DNA from: an uncultured Pseudomonadota bacterium
GTDB lineage: Bacteria > Pseudomonadota > Alphaproteobacteria > Rhizobiales > Beijerinckiaceae
Direction of reading: 5' to 3'
Assembly: GCA_963809055.1 (NCBI GenBank)
Contig: CAWEID010000021.1
Location: 75,351 to 139,350, forward strand
DNA: 64,000 nucleotides
The notes under the pieces were generated by a model. It was not told the origin of the DNA. It ran no database searches and worked only from the letters and a program-made list of their open reading frames with translations. The first letter of the stretch is position 1, and every line of letters begins with the position of its first letter. Positions 20,805 to 30,339 of the stretch are shown piece by piece. The position numbers and the translations under genes were made by a program.

Positions 20805-21944
20805 GGCGTCGCCTTCGCAAGCATGTTCACGTCGTCCTCGACGTAATAGAAGCCGCTGCCGTCGGGCGCCATGGCGAGGCCGAACAGATCGCCGTTGCCC
20901 GGCGGCGATTGCGCCTGGTTGGAGTCGATCCATTGCGCGGCGATCTGCTTGCCGCTGACCGGGTCGAATTCGACCACCTGGCCGTTCTTGGCGTTGGTGG
21001 CGAGGAGATGCCCGCCGGGCGCGACCGCGAGCGCCAGCGGCCGTTGCAGCAGGCCGCCCTTGGTGACGTGCTGCCCGTGCCGGCGCTGCTCGTTCGCGTC
21101 AGCGCGTCGGGAATCGCGACGATGCGGTTGTCGAGCGCGTCGGAGACATAGAGCGTGGAGCCGATCAGCGCGAGGCCGGTCGGCCCGATCAGGAAGACGT
21201 CCTTGTCGGCGCGCTGGGCGAAGCCGTTGGCGATCACCGTCTGGCTGCGTCACCTTGGCGGCCTGCCCGGAGGGATCGCGAGCTCGATGCGCAGCACCGT
21301 CGCCTTGTGCACGATGACCGGATGGCCCGTCGCCGGATCGATCTTGTCCGGGCCCGGCACGTCGAAGCCGGCCATGCTGACGAACAGCGTGGCCTTCGCG
21401 CCGTCGTCGACGACCGCCATGTTGCCCCAGGGATCGTTGATATGCGGGCCCGACCAGACGGTCGCGAGCTTGCCGTTGGCGTCGAGCACGAGCAGGCAGC
21501 CGGGGCCCTTGGTGGCCGTCGTGCCGTCGGTGCTCGGCGTGCTGCCGACGATCACCCAGCCGCGTGCTGAGCATGGTCATCGCGGTGCTGAGGCCGATGC
21601 CGCCGGGGCATTGCGGCAGGCTCTGCGGCAGCTTGGCGAACAGGCTCGTCGACTGCGTCGACGGATTGTAGTCGACGATCGTGCCGCCGGTGCCCTGCAG
21701 GTTCGACTGGTTGTTGAAATTGTCGACCAGCACGTCGTCCTTCTGGATCTTGCCCGACGCTCGCCGGCGCGACGACGACGGCATAGGGGTTGAGATCGCC
21801 GTTGTCGGTGATGGTCGAGGCCAGCGTGAGTGATGGTGCAGCCTCTCCAGCACGCCTTCGGCCGAAGCCGCGGACGCCGATGCGAGCCATGCCGCCGCCA
21901 AGCCGCCGAGCGCCGAAGCGACCATTTACTCGTGTCTTCATCAT
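20801..21944 (-). CDS. Secreted beta-propeller (NHL/SMP-30-like) protein of unknown function, several frameshifts
   Basis: Signal peptide, then repeated blades NGDLNPYAVVVAP, INDPWGNMAV, IGPTGLALIG-TLYVSDALDNRI, LQRPLALAVAP, DLFGLAMAPDG. Stop overlaps the efeB start; exact start uncertain (21925-21944). Confidence 0.72.
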
Positions 21945-21983
21945 AGTCGTTGGCCTCGTCGTTCATGCTTCGCTTTGCCGCCT

Positions 21984-23686
21984 TCAGAACAGTGATGTTG
22001 GTGCGCAGTCCGATGACCAGCTCGTTCTTGATCTTCTGATCCGGCGCATTCGGGTTGGCGAGGCCGGCGCCGGGATTGAACACGTACTGGATGTCGGGCT
22101 GCAACTGCCACCACGGCAGGACCTGGTATTGGTAGGTCGCCTCGATGAAGGTCTCGACGCCGCGCACCGGGTGTAGACGCCGGGATTGTACAGAGCGCGA
22201 ATCCTGGTCGAGCCCGGCTGGCGCTGCTGCTGACGTGCGCCACGCCGAAGCCGAGACCGAACAGTGTCATCATCGCGGCCGAGGAACGGTTCATGCATCG
22301 TCACGCCGGCGTTGACGCTGAAGTTGATCAGGTTGCGGTCTTGCAGCGGCGTGATCATCGGCCGCACGAACAGGTTGATATTGCGGTCGGGGTCCTCGGA
22401 GCGCCAGACCATCTGATCCGCGATGGCATAGATCGCGTAATTGCCCCGATGCTCGGCGGGCGTCTGGCTTGGCGGGATTGGCGAGCGGCAGGCCGAGGTA
22501 GTCGTAACGCTGGTCGGCGAAGCTTTCGCTGTCGTACCAGATGCCGATCTTGTAGGTGCGCGCGAGCGGCTCGTCCTCGTTCGCCTTCACAAGCGTTCCC
22601 GAGCCGGGGTAGGCGAATTGCAGTTCGGCGATCGCGAGCACGCCGCCGTTGAGCGGAAAGCTCAGTGCCGAAGGGATCGTTCTTCTGCGGATCGCCGTTG
22701 TTGTTGTAGCCGGGCTGCCGTTGAAGACGCCGGCCAGCACGGTGATCGTGTCGCTGAGATGGGCGCGAACCCGAATGCCGAGAGCGGAGAGCGGATAGGC
22801 CGGGCCGCCGCCGGGAAGATCGGCCGAAGGCAGCATCGGCCAGCCGAACATCGTGTTGACGAAATAGCCGCCGTTCTGGTTGACCATGAACTCCTGGTCG
22901 AGGCTCTGCTGGCCGATCTTGACGTCGAGCGCGTCGCGGAATTTCTGCTGGTACCAGAGTTCCCAGAGCCGCGACGCAGGGTCGGCCTCGATACCGCTCG
23001 CGGTCTGCAGCGTCATAGAGATTGGTCGCGCTCAGGTTGCGGCCGTGGATCTGCAGCGCGCTGACGTTGAAGAGGCCGCCGTACAGGCCGAAGGCGCGTT
23101 GCGTGTCGAGTTGCAGCGTCCCCGTCGTCAGCCCTTCATAGACGAAGCCCTGGCGGACGCCGCCGGTCACGTTGCCGAGCACCTCGCCGGTTTCCGTCAG
23201 GTCGAACGTCATGCCGTATTTGCTCAGCGCGGTCCGCAGTCCCCACATGTCGCCGAGCATATTGGAGCTGTGTGACAAGGTGCTCACGAACCCGAACGGC
23301 CCGGAGGCGCTCGGCGCGACCGCCGCCGGCGCGGCCGACGCAGCGGGCGTCGCGCCCGACACGCCCGCGTCGACTGGCGCCTCGATGAATTCTTGCGAAC
23401 TGGCCGGCGCGGGGTTGAGCATGCTCGGGGCATTTTGGGCGGCTGCGGGGGCCGCCGCGGGTGCCGCCGCGGCCCCGCCGATCGGCGTTTCCACGAACTC
23501 GCCCGAATTCGGCGCCGCAGGCGCGCTGGGGGCGGCCGAATCCGCGAGGGCGTGCGGGGCCCAACTCAGCGCGAGCGCCGCCACGGCGATCCGCGGCGCG
23601 GCAATTAAGATACGCGCGCAAATCCCTGAACTCGTCCGGCAATGCGAAGACAACCCCAACTCCGAATGCGCAATGACCCGACGCAT
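21984..23686 (-). CDS. OprB-family (carbohydrate-selective type) porin with Ala/Pro-rich N-terminal extension, several frameshifts
   Basis: MLGDMWGLRT, ETGEVLGNVTGG, RLWELWYQQ, DVKIGQQSLDQEF, LPGGGPAYPLSALG, ETFIEATYQYQ, QPDIQYVFNPG; C-terminus LRTNITF if one base is removed. Confidence 0.85.
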
Positions 23687-23738
23687 TGTCGGCCAATAGG
23701 GCTGCCTCGTTGAGGTATGTCAATGAAACTATTGGTAT

Positions 23739-23755
23739 TTTAGAGGCGTTCTAAA
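23739..23755. promoter_or_regulatory. Irr box / iron control element (ICE)
   Basis: TTTAGAG-GCG-TTCTAAA versus consensus TTTAGAA-N3-TTCTAAA (1 mismatch), just upstream of the porin-propeller-DyP-cupredoxin operon. Confidence 0.8.
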
Positions 23756-24265
23756 CTATGCGGGTTGGCCGTCGGCGTTTCGCCTCGGCTCCAAGACCAT
23801 GCAGGTTTCCGAGCCGTGCGCGATTAGCCTGTCGCTGGCGTCGATAAGGCGGCCCTGCGATGTTGCGATCCTCCCGCCGGAATGGACGACATTGGCCTCG
23901 CATCTAACGACGCCGGTCTGTTCGAGCAAAGGGCGGACGAAATTGATCTTCATTTCGACGGTCGTATAGGATTGGCGGGGCGCGAGCGTCGAGTGCACGG
24001 CGCAGGCCATTGCGGTGTCGAGTAGCGTGGAAATCCATCCGCCGTGCACGATCCCCATCGGATTGTAGAAGCGGCGCGACGGCCGACCCTCGAATGCGAT
24101 CCGCCCGTGCGCCACTTCGACTGGCCAGAGATCGCAGGCTTCGGCGAAGGGCGGGCTCGGATACGTCTCGTCCAGCAGCTTCTGCAGAAAGGCGAGCCCG
24201 GAATCGCGGGTGGCGACCTCGGGATCGACGATGCCGAATTTGGCGTTGGGCGTTGACCTCGTCAT
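23756..24265 (-). CDS. PaaI-family thioesterase
   Basis: NPMGIVHGGWISTLLDTAMACA and TTVEMKINFVRP hot-dog-fold motifs. Confidence 0.92.
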   Translation of the reverse strand: MTRSTPNAKFGIVDPEVATRDSGLAFLQKLLDETYPSPPFAEACDLWPVEVAHGRIAFEGRPSRRFYNPMGIVHGGWISTLLDTAMACAVHSTLAPRQSYTTVEMKINFVRPLLEQTGVVRCEANVVHSGGRIATSQGRLIDASDRLIAHGSETCMVLEPRRNADGQPA

Positions 24266-25704
24266 GGCGAAAACTCCTGGATTGATGCGGGTTCGATCGA
24301 GCGCGCCCGGGGAACCGGCGCTGGCGCTGGCCGGACGACATGCGGGCGCGTGTCGACCGGCGCGCTCAGCAAGGCGGTCAGCAGCATCAGGCCGATCTGC
24401 ACCGAGAACAGCGTCTTGAAACTGGCGAGCTGCGGCGCGGCATGTCCGACCAGCACGACGGTCAGCGCCACCCCGAGCACGGCGCCCATCTGACGCACCG
24501 CCTGATTGACGGCGCTGCCGATGCCGAAGCGGTGCGGTTCCAGCTTGGCGACCGCCGCGGCCGCAAGCGAAGGCAGGACCAGGCCAGTGCCGATCCCCGT
24601 CATCGCCATCCCCGGCAACCAATGATGCAGGAAATCGGGATCGGCCCCGGGAACGACAGAGAACCACAGCCCGCCGCTCGCACAGAGAAGACTGCCCGCG
24701 ATCAGCACTGGCCGATGGCCGAACCTTTGCGCGAACCGTCCGGCGAGAAACGAAACCGGCACGACAAGCAGCGGTCCTGGCGTCGCCGCGAGGCCCGCGC
24801 GCGACATCGGGTAATGCCAGATTTCGGTCATGAAGAGGAAGAAGCCGAAGAACATCATGGCGAAGGCGGTCCCGAAACTCAGCGTCGCCAGATTGACGAA
24901 GCAATAGGCGGCGTTGTCGAAAAGCGAGAGGTCGATCGCAGGCGACGCATTGCGACGCGCCCAGGGAATGAAAGCGCCAATCGCGACGGCGCCGAGGGCG
25001 AAGATCGAGAGCACGACCGGAGATCCCCAGCCGAGCGACTCTGACCGGATCAGCCCAAGCGCGAGCGCGCCGACGCCGGACGCCAGCAGCGTCACGCCGA
25101 CGATATCGAGGGGCGCGCCGCTCTCAGGATTGCGCGATTCCGTGAAACCGCGCAGGCCGCGCACGAGCGAGATTGCGCCCAGCGGCAGGTTGATGAAGAA
25201 AGCCCATTGCCAGCCCCACTGGTCGATCAACCAGGAGCCGACGCTGGGTCCGATTGCAGCGCCGAGTCCGCCCACCGACCCCCACAGCGCGACGACGACC
25301 GCGCGCTTGTCGCGCGGGAAAGCCGCCAGCACGATCGAGAGCGAGGCAGGCAGCAGCAGCGCTGCGCCGATCGCCTGAAGCACGCGAGCGCCGATCAACA
25401 GCGCAACGTGGGCAGAGAGCCCGCAGGCCAGCGAGGCGAGGAGGAAGACGCCGACGCCGATGGCGAACATGCGCTTGCGGCCGTAGAGATCCGCGAGCCG
25501 GCCCGCAGGCGCAAGCAGCGCGGCATAGACGACAGTGTAGGCGTTCAGAACCCAGGACAATTCGGGAATTGCGACGTCGGGAAATGCGCGCGTCAGGGCA
25601 GGGAAGGCGGCATAGAGCACGGTCGCGTCGATCGAGACGAGAAAGATCGCGATACAGGCGACGGAGAATGTGCGCCAGGGCGAAAGACTCTTGGTCGGGT
25701 TCAT
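24262..25704 (-). CDS. DHA2-type (14-TMS) MFS efflux transporter
   Basis: IDATVL, WVLNAY, GRLADLYGRKR, RVLQAIGAA, GPSVG, WAFFINLPLG, VRQMGAVLG. Confidence 0.92.
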   Translation of the reverse strand: MNPTKSLSPWRTFSVACIAIFLVSIDATVLYAAFPALTRAFPDVAIPELSWVLNAYTVVYAALLAPAGRLADLYGRKRMFAIGVGVFLLASLACGLSAHVALLIGARVLQAIGAALLLPASLSIVLAAFPRDKRAVVVALWGSVGGLGAAIGPSVGSWLIDQWGWQWAFFINLPLGAISLVRGLRGFTESRNPESGAPLDIVGVTLLASGVGALALGLIRSESLGWGSPVVLSIFALGAVAIGAFIPWARRNASPAIDLSLFDNAAYCFVNLATLSFGTAFAMMFFGFFLFMTEIWHYPMSRAGLAATPGPLLVVPVSFLAGRFAQRFGHRPVLIAGSLLCASGGLWFSVVPGADPDFLHHWLPGMAMTGIGTGLVLPSLAAAAVAKLEPHRFGIGSAVNQAVRQMGAVLGVALTVVLVGHAAPQLASFKTLFSVQIGLMLLTALLSAPVDTRPHVVRPAPAPVPRARSIEPASIQEFSP

Positions 25705-25734
25705 TTCATCCCCTCCTGTCAGGCCTAGACCCAT

Positions 25735-25752
25735 AATATGACCAGTCATCTT
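25735..25752. promoter_or_regulatory. TetR operator copy 1 (upstream of the MFS gene)
   Basis: Near-palindrome AATATGACCAGTCATCTT; 15/18 identical to the copy at 26376. Confidence 0.75.
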
Positions 25753-25793
25753 ACTGCGAGAGGCGCAGCAAATTTGCGGGGCGTTCGCCCGCG

Positions 25794-26369
25794 TCAGACG
25801 AGGACCTTCGAGAACGCCATGGCGTAAAACGCATCGAGCGGGCCGCGATTCTTCTCGATTTTCGCCCGCAACACCGCGCCTTCCCAGGCGTCAATAAGGA
25901 AGGCGGCAAGCGCCTCGGGCTCGCTGTCGCCGGGCAGGGCGCCCATGCGCTGGGCTTCCGCGATTACGCTCGCCAGCACTTGCGTCCAATCCGCGAAGGC
26001 GGCGGATACGCGCTCGCGGATCGCAGGGCTCTGATTGGAAAGCTCGAGGCCGAAATTGCCGAGCAGGCATCCGGGAACGTCGGGAAACCGGGCGGCGGCG
26101 ATCATGGCCTCGAAATAACGGCGCAGGCGCATCAAAGGCGGCGCACTCGTGTCGCGCAGGATCGCGCGGCGCGTTGCGGCCCTTGCGACATATTGGTCCA
26201 CCACCGCCGCGCCGAGATCGTCCTTGCTGGCGAAATGATTGTAGAACGACCCCTTCGGCGCGCCCGCAGCGTCCGTGATGTCCTGCACGGACGTCGCGTT
26301 GAAGCCCTTGAGGTGGAGCGTCTCCAGGCCGGCGGTCAGAATTTCTTCGCGGAGGTTCGTTTTGGCCAT
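25794..26369 (-). CDS. TetR-family regulator (NemR/AcuR-like)
   Basis: GFNATSVQDI, KGSFYNHFASK, GCLLGN, WEGAVLRAK. Confidence 0.93.
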   Translation of the reverse strand: MAKTNLREEILTAGLETLHLKGFNATSVQDITDAAGAPKGSFYNHFASKDDLGAAVVDQYVARAATRRAILRDTSAPPLMRLRRYFEAMIAAARFPDVPGCLLGNFGLELSNQSPAIRERVSAAFADWTQVLASVIAEAQRMGALPGDSEPEALAAFLIDAWEGAVLRAKIEKNRGPLDAFYAMAFSKVLV

Positions 26370-26375
26370 ATGTCC

Positions 26376-26404
26376 AATATGACCGGTCGTATTAGAATTG
26401 TCAA
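26376..26404 (-). promoter_or_regulatory. Sigma70 promoter of tetR overlapped by operator copy 2
   Basis: Minus strand reads TTGACA-17 nt-CATATT-6 nt-ATG; operator AATATGACCGGTCGTATT (26376-26393) covers the spacer and -10. Confidence 0.75.
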
Positions 26405-26534
26405 GACTGGGTCGGCGTGTGAACTCGGTCTACTGGCACCCGAAATGGAAAACTCGGCGGACGCGCGCAAGACTGACTCGAAGCCCGGGAACCGGCTCCG
26501 ACCTCCGCGATGGCCTTCGGAACTTTCCGCCGTC

Positions 26535-27914
26535 TTACTGCGTCGCCGCGTCCGGCTTGACGTCGGCCATGCGGATGGGGCTGTCCAGCGAGGCGGCGCG
26601 CTTGGGCGGCAGGGGGACGTCGGTTGGGATCGGCTGTTGCGGTTCGAACACTTGGATCGCGGGAGATGGCGTTCCGCCGCCGACCTTGGTGAACAGGTTG
26701 GTCATCAGGCTCTTGCTGCCGTCGGCCACTCCGCTGACGAAACCCAATGGCGAGGCGCCGGCGTCGGCGGCTGGGGCGGCGGGCGTCGTTGCCGCGACCG
26801 TGGTTGCGACGGGCGCGGCGTCGGGCTTGGCGGGCGCGCCGGGGGCGGCGGCCGAAACGCCGCGCGCGCTCGTCGCGGCGGCGGACTTGCTGGCGTCCGC
26901 GGCGGCGACCTTCACGACCGTCGGAATCGGCTTGCCATTGTCGTCGAGCACGATTTCCTGCGGGCCGGCGGCAAGAGCGTCTGGGCGGCTGACCTCATCG
27001 ACATTGGCAAAGGCCGGATTCTGTCCGCCGTCGGCGTAGACGAGTTCAATCGGCTTGACGCCCTTGGCGACCAGCGCGGCGACTGCCTCGTCGTCCGTCT
27101 TCTCCTTCGCTGCAACCGCCTCTTCGACCGCGCTGTCGCGATGCAGGGTCGGGCAGGGCGCGGTCGCGGATATGTCGTGATCGGCCACTGCCCCGAATAC
27201 ATAGTGCTTGCCGCAGACCAGCACGCTCGGCTCGGCCTGAGTCACCTCGAAATGGTCGGAGCCGTTCTTCAGCTCCTTCCAGAACGCAATATTCGGATCG
27301 AGCCTGTGTTTGGCGAGATTTTCCGCAGTCATCTTGAACGGATAGGACTGCATTTGGATTTCGCGCTGGCCGCCGTTGAAGGCCTCGCGGGCGATCGCGT
27401 AGATCTCGGCGATCTGCTGATCGGTCATCGAATAGCAACCCGCCGACGAGCAGGCGCCATGCACCATGATCGTGCCGCCCGTCCGGCCATAGGCGCGATC
27501 ATAGGCGTTGGGATAGCCGACGTTGAACGACAGATAATAGTTCGAATGCGGATTCATCTGGCCGGGGGTGATCGTGTAGAACCCTTCGGGCACTTGGCGA
27601 TCGCCCTCGCGGGTCTTCGGGCCGAGTTGACCCGACCAGCGGCACATCGGGAAGGTCTTCAGCAACGCGTACTGGCCGTCCGACTTCAACTTCCATATCT
27701 GGAGTTCGGCTTCCTGCTTATAGGTGCGGATCAGAACAGGCGAGGCCGGGGTCGTGCCGATCTCATCCATCTTCGCCAGCGTCTTTTGCGGGATAGGCTG
27801 CAGGGACCGCGCCGAACTGCTATCGAGTTGGTCATCGCAGCCCGCAAGCAGAGCGCTCGCGCTCACCATCAAGCCTGCGGCAAATATCCGCGATCGCCAA
27901 GTCTGCAATGCCAT
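26535..27914 (-). CDS. YkuD-fold murein L,D-transpeptidase family lipoprotein (YafK/DpaA-like)
   Basis: Lipobox LLAGC, CRWSGQLGPK, GDRQVPEGFY, LSFNVGYPN, catalytic HGACSSAGC; low-complexity Ala/Pro C-terminus. Confidence 0.9.
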   Translation of the reverse strand: MALQTWRSRIFAAGLMVSASALLAGCDDQLDSSSARSLQPIPQKTLAKMDEIGTTPASPVLIRTYKQEAELQIWKLKSDGQYALLKTFPMCRWSGQLGPKTREGDRQVPEGFYTITPGQMNPHSNYYLSFNVGYPNAYDRAYGRTGGTIMVHGACSSAGCYSMTDQQIAEIYAIAREAFNGGQREIQMQSYPFKMTAENLAKHRLDPNIAFWKELKNGSDHFEVTQAEPSVLVCGKHYVFGAVADHDISATAPCPTLHRDSAVEEAVAAKEKTDDEAVAALVAKGVKPIELVYADGGQNPAFANVDEVSRPDALAAGPQEIVLDDNGKPIPTVVKVAAADASKSAAATSARGVSAAAPGAPAKPDAAPVATTVAATTPAAPAADAGASPLGFVSGVADGSKSLMTNLFTKVGGGTPSPAIQVFEPQQPIPTDVPLPPKRAASLDSPIRMADVKPDAATQ

Positions 27915-28106
27915 AGTCAGTCACCTATTGGGAGTCGCATACCCGATAGCGCAAGCGATGTCCATCTGCGCGATAAGACGCTCTCAACCTTAACCCGAGC
28001 CTAACGCGATATTTCCCATGCGACTGAGAAGGTTAAGCTTTCCTTGCGCAGGACGCCCGGGACCTTTCGAAGTCCTAATTTCGGGTCGGAATCGCGCGTT
28101 TGAGGC

Positions 28107-29060
28107 TCAGACTTTGCGCCCGATTGCCAGAAATTTGGCCGCGCGGGCTTCGCGCAATTCGTCCCGCGACATATTGCCCAGGGAGTCCAGCGCCTTTCCG
28201 ATCGCCTTGCCGACCGCGGCGACCGCCGCCTCAGGGTCGCGATGCGCGCCGCCCACAGGCTCCTTGATTATGGAATCGATGATGCCGAATTTCAACAAAT
28301 CCTGGGCGGTAATTTTCATGCTCGTTGCGGCGTCCTGGGCCCGGGCGGAATCTCGCCACAGGATCGAGGCGGCGGCTTCCGGCGAGGCGACCGTATAGAT
28401 GGCGTGTTCGAGCATCAGCACCTTGTTGCAGACCGCGATCGCCAGGGCGCCGCCCGATCCGCCCTCGCCAACGATGACGGCGATATTGGGCGAGCCGAGC
28501 GAAAGGCTCGCGTCGGTTGCTCGGGCGATCGCCTCCGCCTGGCCGCGCTCTTCGGCGTCGATGCCGGGCCAGGCGCCGGCAGTGTCCACGAGCGAGACGA
28601 CCGGCAGGTCGAATTGGTCGGCAAGTTCCATCAACCTGGCCGCCTTGCGATAGCCCTCCGGCCGAGCCATGCCGAAATTGTGCTTCAGACGGGTCGCCGT
28701 GTCCTCGCCTTTTTCGTGTCCGATCAGACAGATGGGCCGACCTCGAAATCGACCGAGCCCGCCGACGATGGCGGCGTCCTCGCCGAATTTGCGGTCGCCG
28801 GCGAGCGGCGTGAAGTCTTCTATCAGGCCCCTGATGTAATCGGCGAAATGCGGCCGTCCCTGGACGCGCGCGACCTGCGTCTTCTGCCATGGCGTCAGCG
28901 CGGCATAGAGATCGGCCAGCGTCTTGGCGGATTTGGCCTCCAGCTTGGCGACTTCTTCCGTCAGTGCGGGCGAATCTCCCTTCGCTGCAAGCGCCCGAAG
29001 TTCGTCGATGCGCGCATCGATATCGGCGACGGGCGTTTCAAAACTCAAATAAGCGCGCAT
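28107..29060 (-). CDS. accA: Acetyl-CoA carboxylase carboxyltransferase alpha subunit
   Basis: YLSFETP, LAGDRKFGED, NFGMARPEGYRKA, DTAGAWPG, GEGGSGGAL, SPEAAASILW. Confidence 0.97.
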   Translation of the reverse strand: MRAYLSFETPVADIDARIDELRALAAKGDSPALTEEVAKLEAKSAKTLADLYAALTPWQKTQVARVQGRPHFADYIRGLIEDFTPLAGDRKFGEDAAIVGGLGRFRGRPICLIGHEKGEDTATRLKHNFGMARPEGYRKAARLMELADQFDLPVVSLVDTAGAWPGIDAEERGQAEAIARATDASLSLGSPNIAVIVGEGGSGGALAIAVCNKVLMLEHAIYTVASPEAAASILWRDSARAQDAATSMKITAQDLLKFGIIDSIIKEPVGGAHRDPEAAVAAVGKAIGKALDSLGNMSRDELREARAAKFLAIGRKV

Positions 29061-29503
29061 TTGACCTTGCAAGTGTATCCCCCCGGGGCGAGGGCGCGCG
29101 AAACTGGCGAGATGAAGGGGGGAAGTCAAGGCAGCGTGGCGCGGTCCTGCCGCCCTTCCGCTCGCCGCCTTCGCCCGCTCGCGTCGCTTGGATCGGCCCT
29201 CGGCAGACTTAAACCCGCGCAAACAACATTTAACTTAGGTGTTTACGGGCCGCGTCGAACGTATTGCGCAACCATGCCGCGCACTTGCGAGACGAGGCGC
29301 CGCGTTCAATTTCACCGATTTGGCCGGGGTCGGCGTGAACATTCGTTTTGGCGGGTAACGACTGGGAGTATATGAGAAGATACGCGAAGGGCGCTTCGGC
29401 CCTCGCTCCGACGCGAGATCGCCGACACCTGAGGGCGCTTGGTCACGGTTCGCGTCGCGACGGTGAAACCTAGACTCGAAGATTTCGAGGAGAAGGAGTG
29501 AAC

Positions 29504-29938
29504 ATGGCTGGGGTCAATCGTAGAACTTTTCTGCTGACCGGAGCGGCGGCGACCGGAGGGCTTATCCTGCCGGCGCAGGCGGCGACAGGGACGATCACCA
29601 TCAAGATCTTCAGCGCGGGCTTCATCCTCGGCGTGACCGGCGGAGACGGCTCCCTTTTGTTCCAGGGTCAGCAGTATTTGTTGTCCGTCGGCGGTCTCAG
29701 CGCCGGCGTGCTCGCGGGCGTCGCGGCGGCTGAATTCGTCGGCACTGCTTCGCATCTGAACGCTGTGACCGATATTGAGGGGACCTACGCCGCTGTCGCC
29801 GCCGGACTTTCCGTCGCGGGCGGAGCCGGCGTTGCGCAACTTTCCAATGCGAAAGGCGTGGTGCTTCGCTTGAGGAGCCGGAAAGTCGGCTTCATGGTTT
29901 CAGTCGATCTGAGCGGCTTGTCGATCAGCCTGAAGTAA
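29504..29938 (+). CDS. Tat-exported Gly-rich beta-strand hypothetical protein (DUF1134-like)
   Basis: NRRTFLL leader, AGFILG, DIEGTY, LSNAKGVVL; AAGGAG RBS 6 nt before the ATG. Confidence 0.75.
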   Translation: MAGVNRRTFLLTGAAATGGLILPAQAATGTITIKIFSAGFILGVTGGDGSLLFQGQQYLLSVGGLSAGVLAGVAAAEFVGTASHLNAVTDIEGTYAAVAAGLSVAGGAGVAQLSNAKGVVLRLRSRKVGFMVSVDLSGLSISLK

Positions 29939-30339
29939 CGATTTCGCGTTCCGTCTGATTGCAAGACGGACGCGCGCCCGGGATGCGATGTCGGCCCCGG
30001 GCGCATTTTTTTGCGCCGGCGCTCTTGGCAGGCGCGCGCCCGCGCCGGGCGGCTTGCGCCGCCGACACGAAGTTATTGCCCAAAGACGCCGCGCGAGCGC
30101 GGCCGGGCGCGACTATCTCGCGCTACGGATGGGTCGCGCCCAGCGATCATCACAGGGCTCGCATATTTTGGCCGGAGGCTCGTCGGGCCTTTCGCAGGCG
30201 AGACCGCAGGCAAGCTTGTGTTGCAGGTTGTGGATCCCTGATGCGAAGCTGCGCGCGCTCGGGCGCCGGGTCGGCGGCCTCGTCGCGCGGCATAGCTCCG
30301 CCGCCGCTCGCCGGAATTGAAAAGGGAGGGAGACGGACG

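Noticed and set aside
26740-26910. Ala/Pro-rich repeat-like DNA in the L,D-transpeptidase gene (similar stretch at 58490-58580)
   Set aside because: Low-complexity protein linkers, not tandem DNA repeats or a CRISPR array.
29380-29470. Hairpins upstream of the DUF1134-like gene, with CTGAGGGCGCTT faintly like an SAH riboswitch
   Set aside because: The remaining consensus elements and the expected downstream gene (ahcY/metH) are absent; GC-rich stems are expected by chance.
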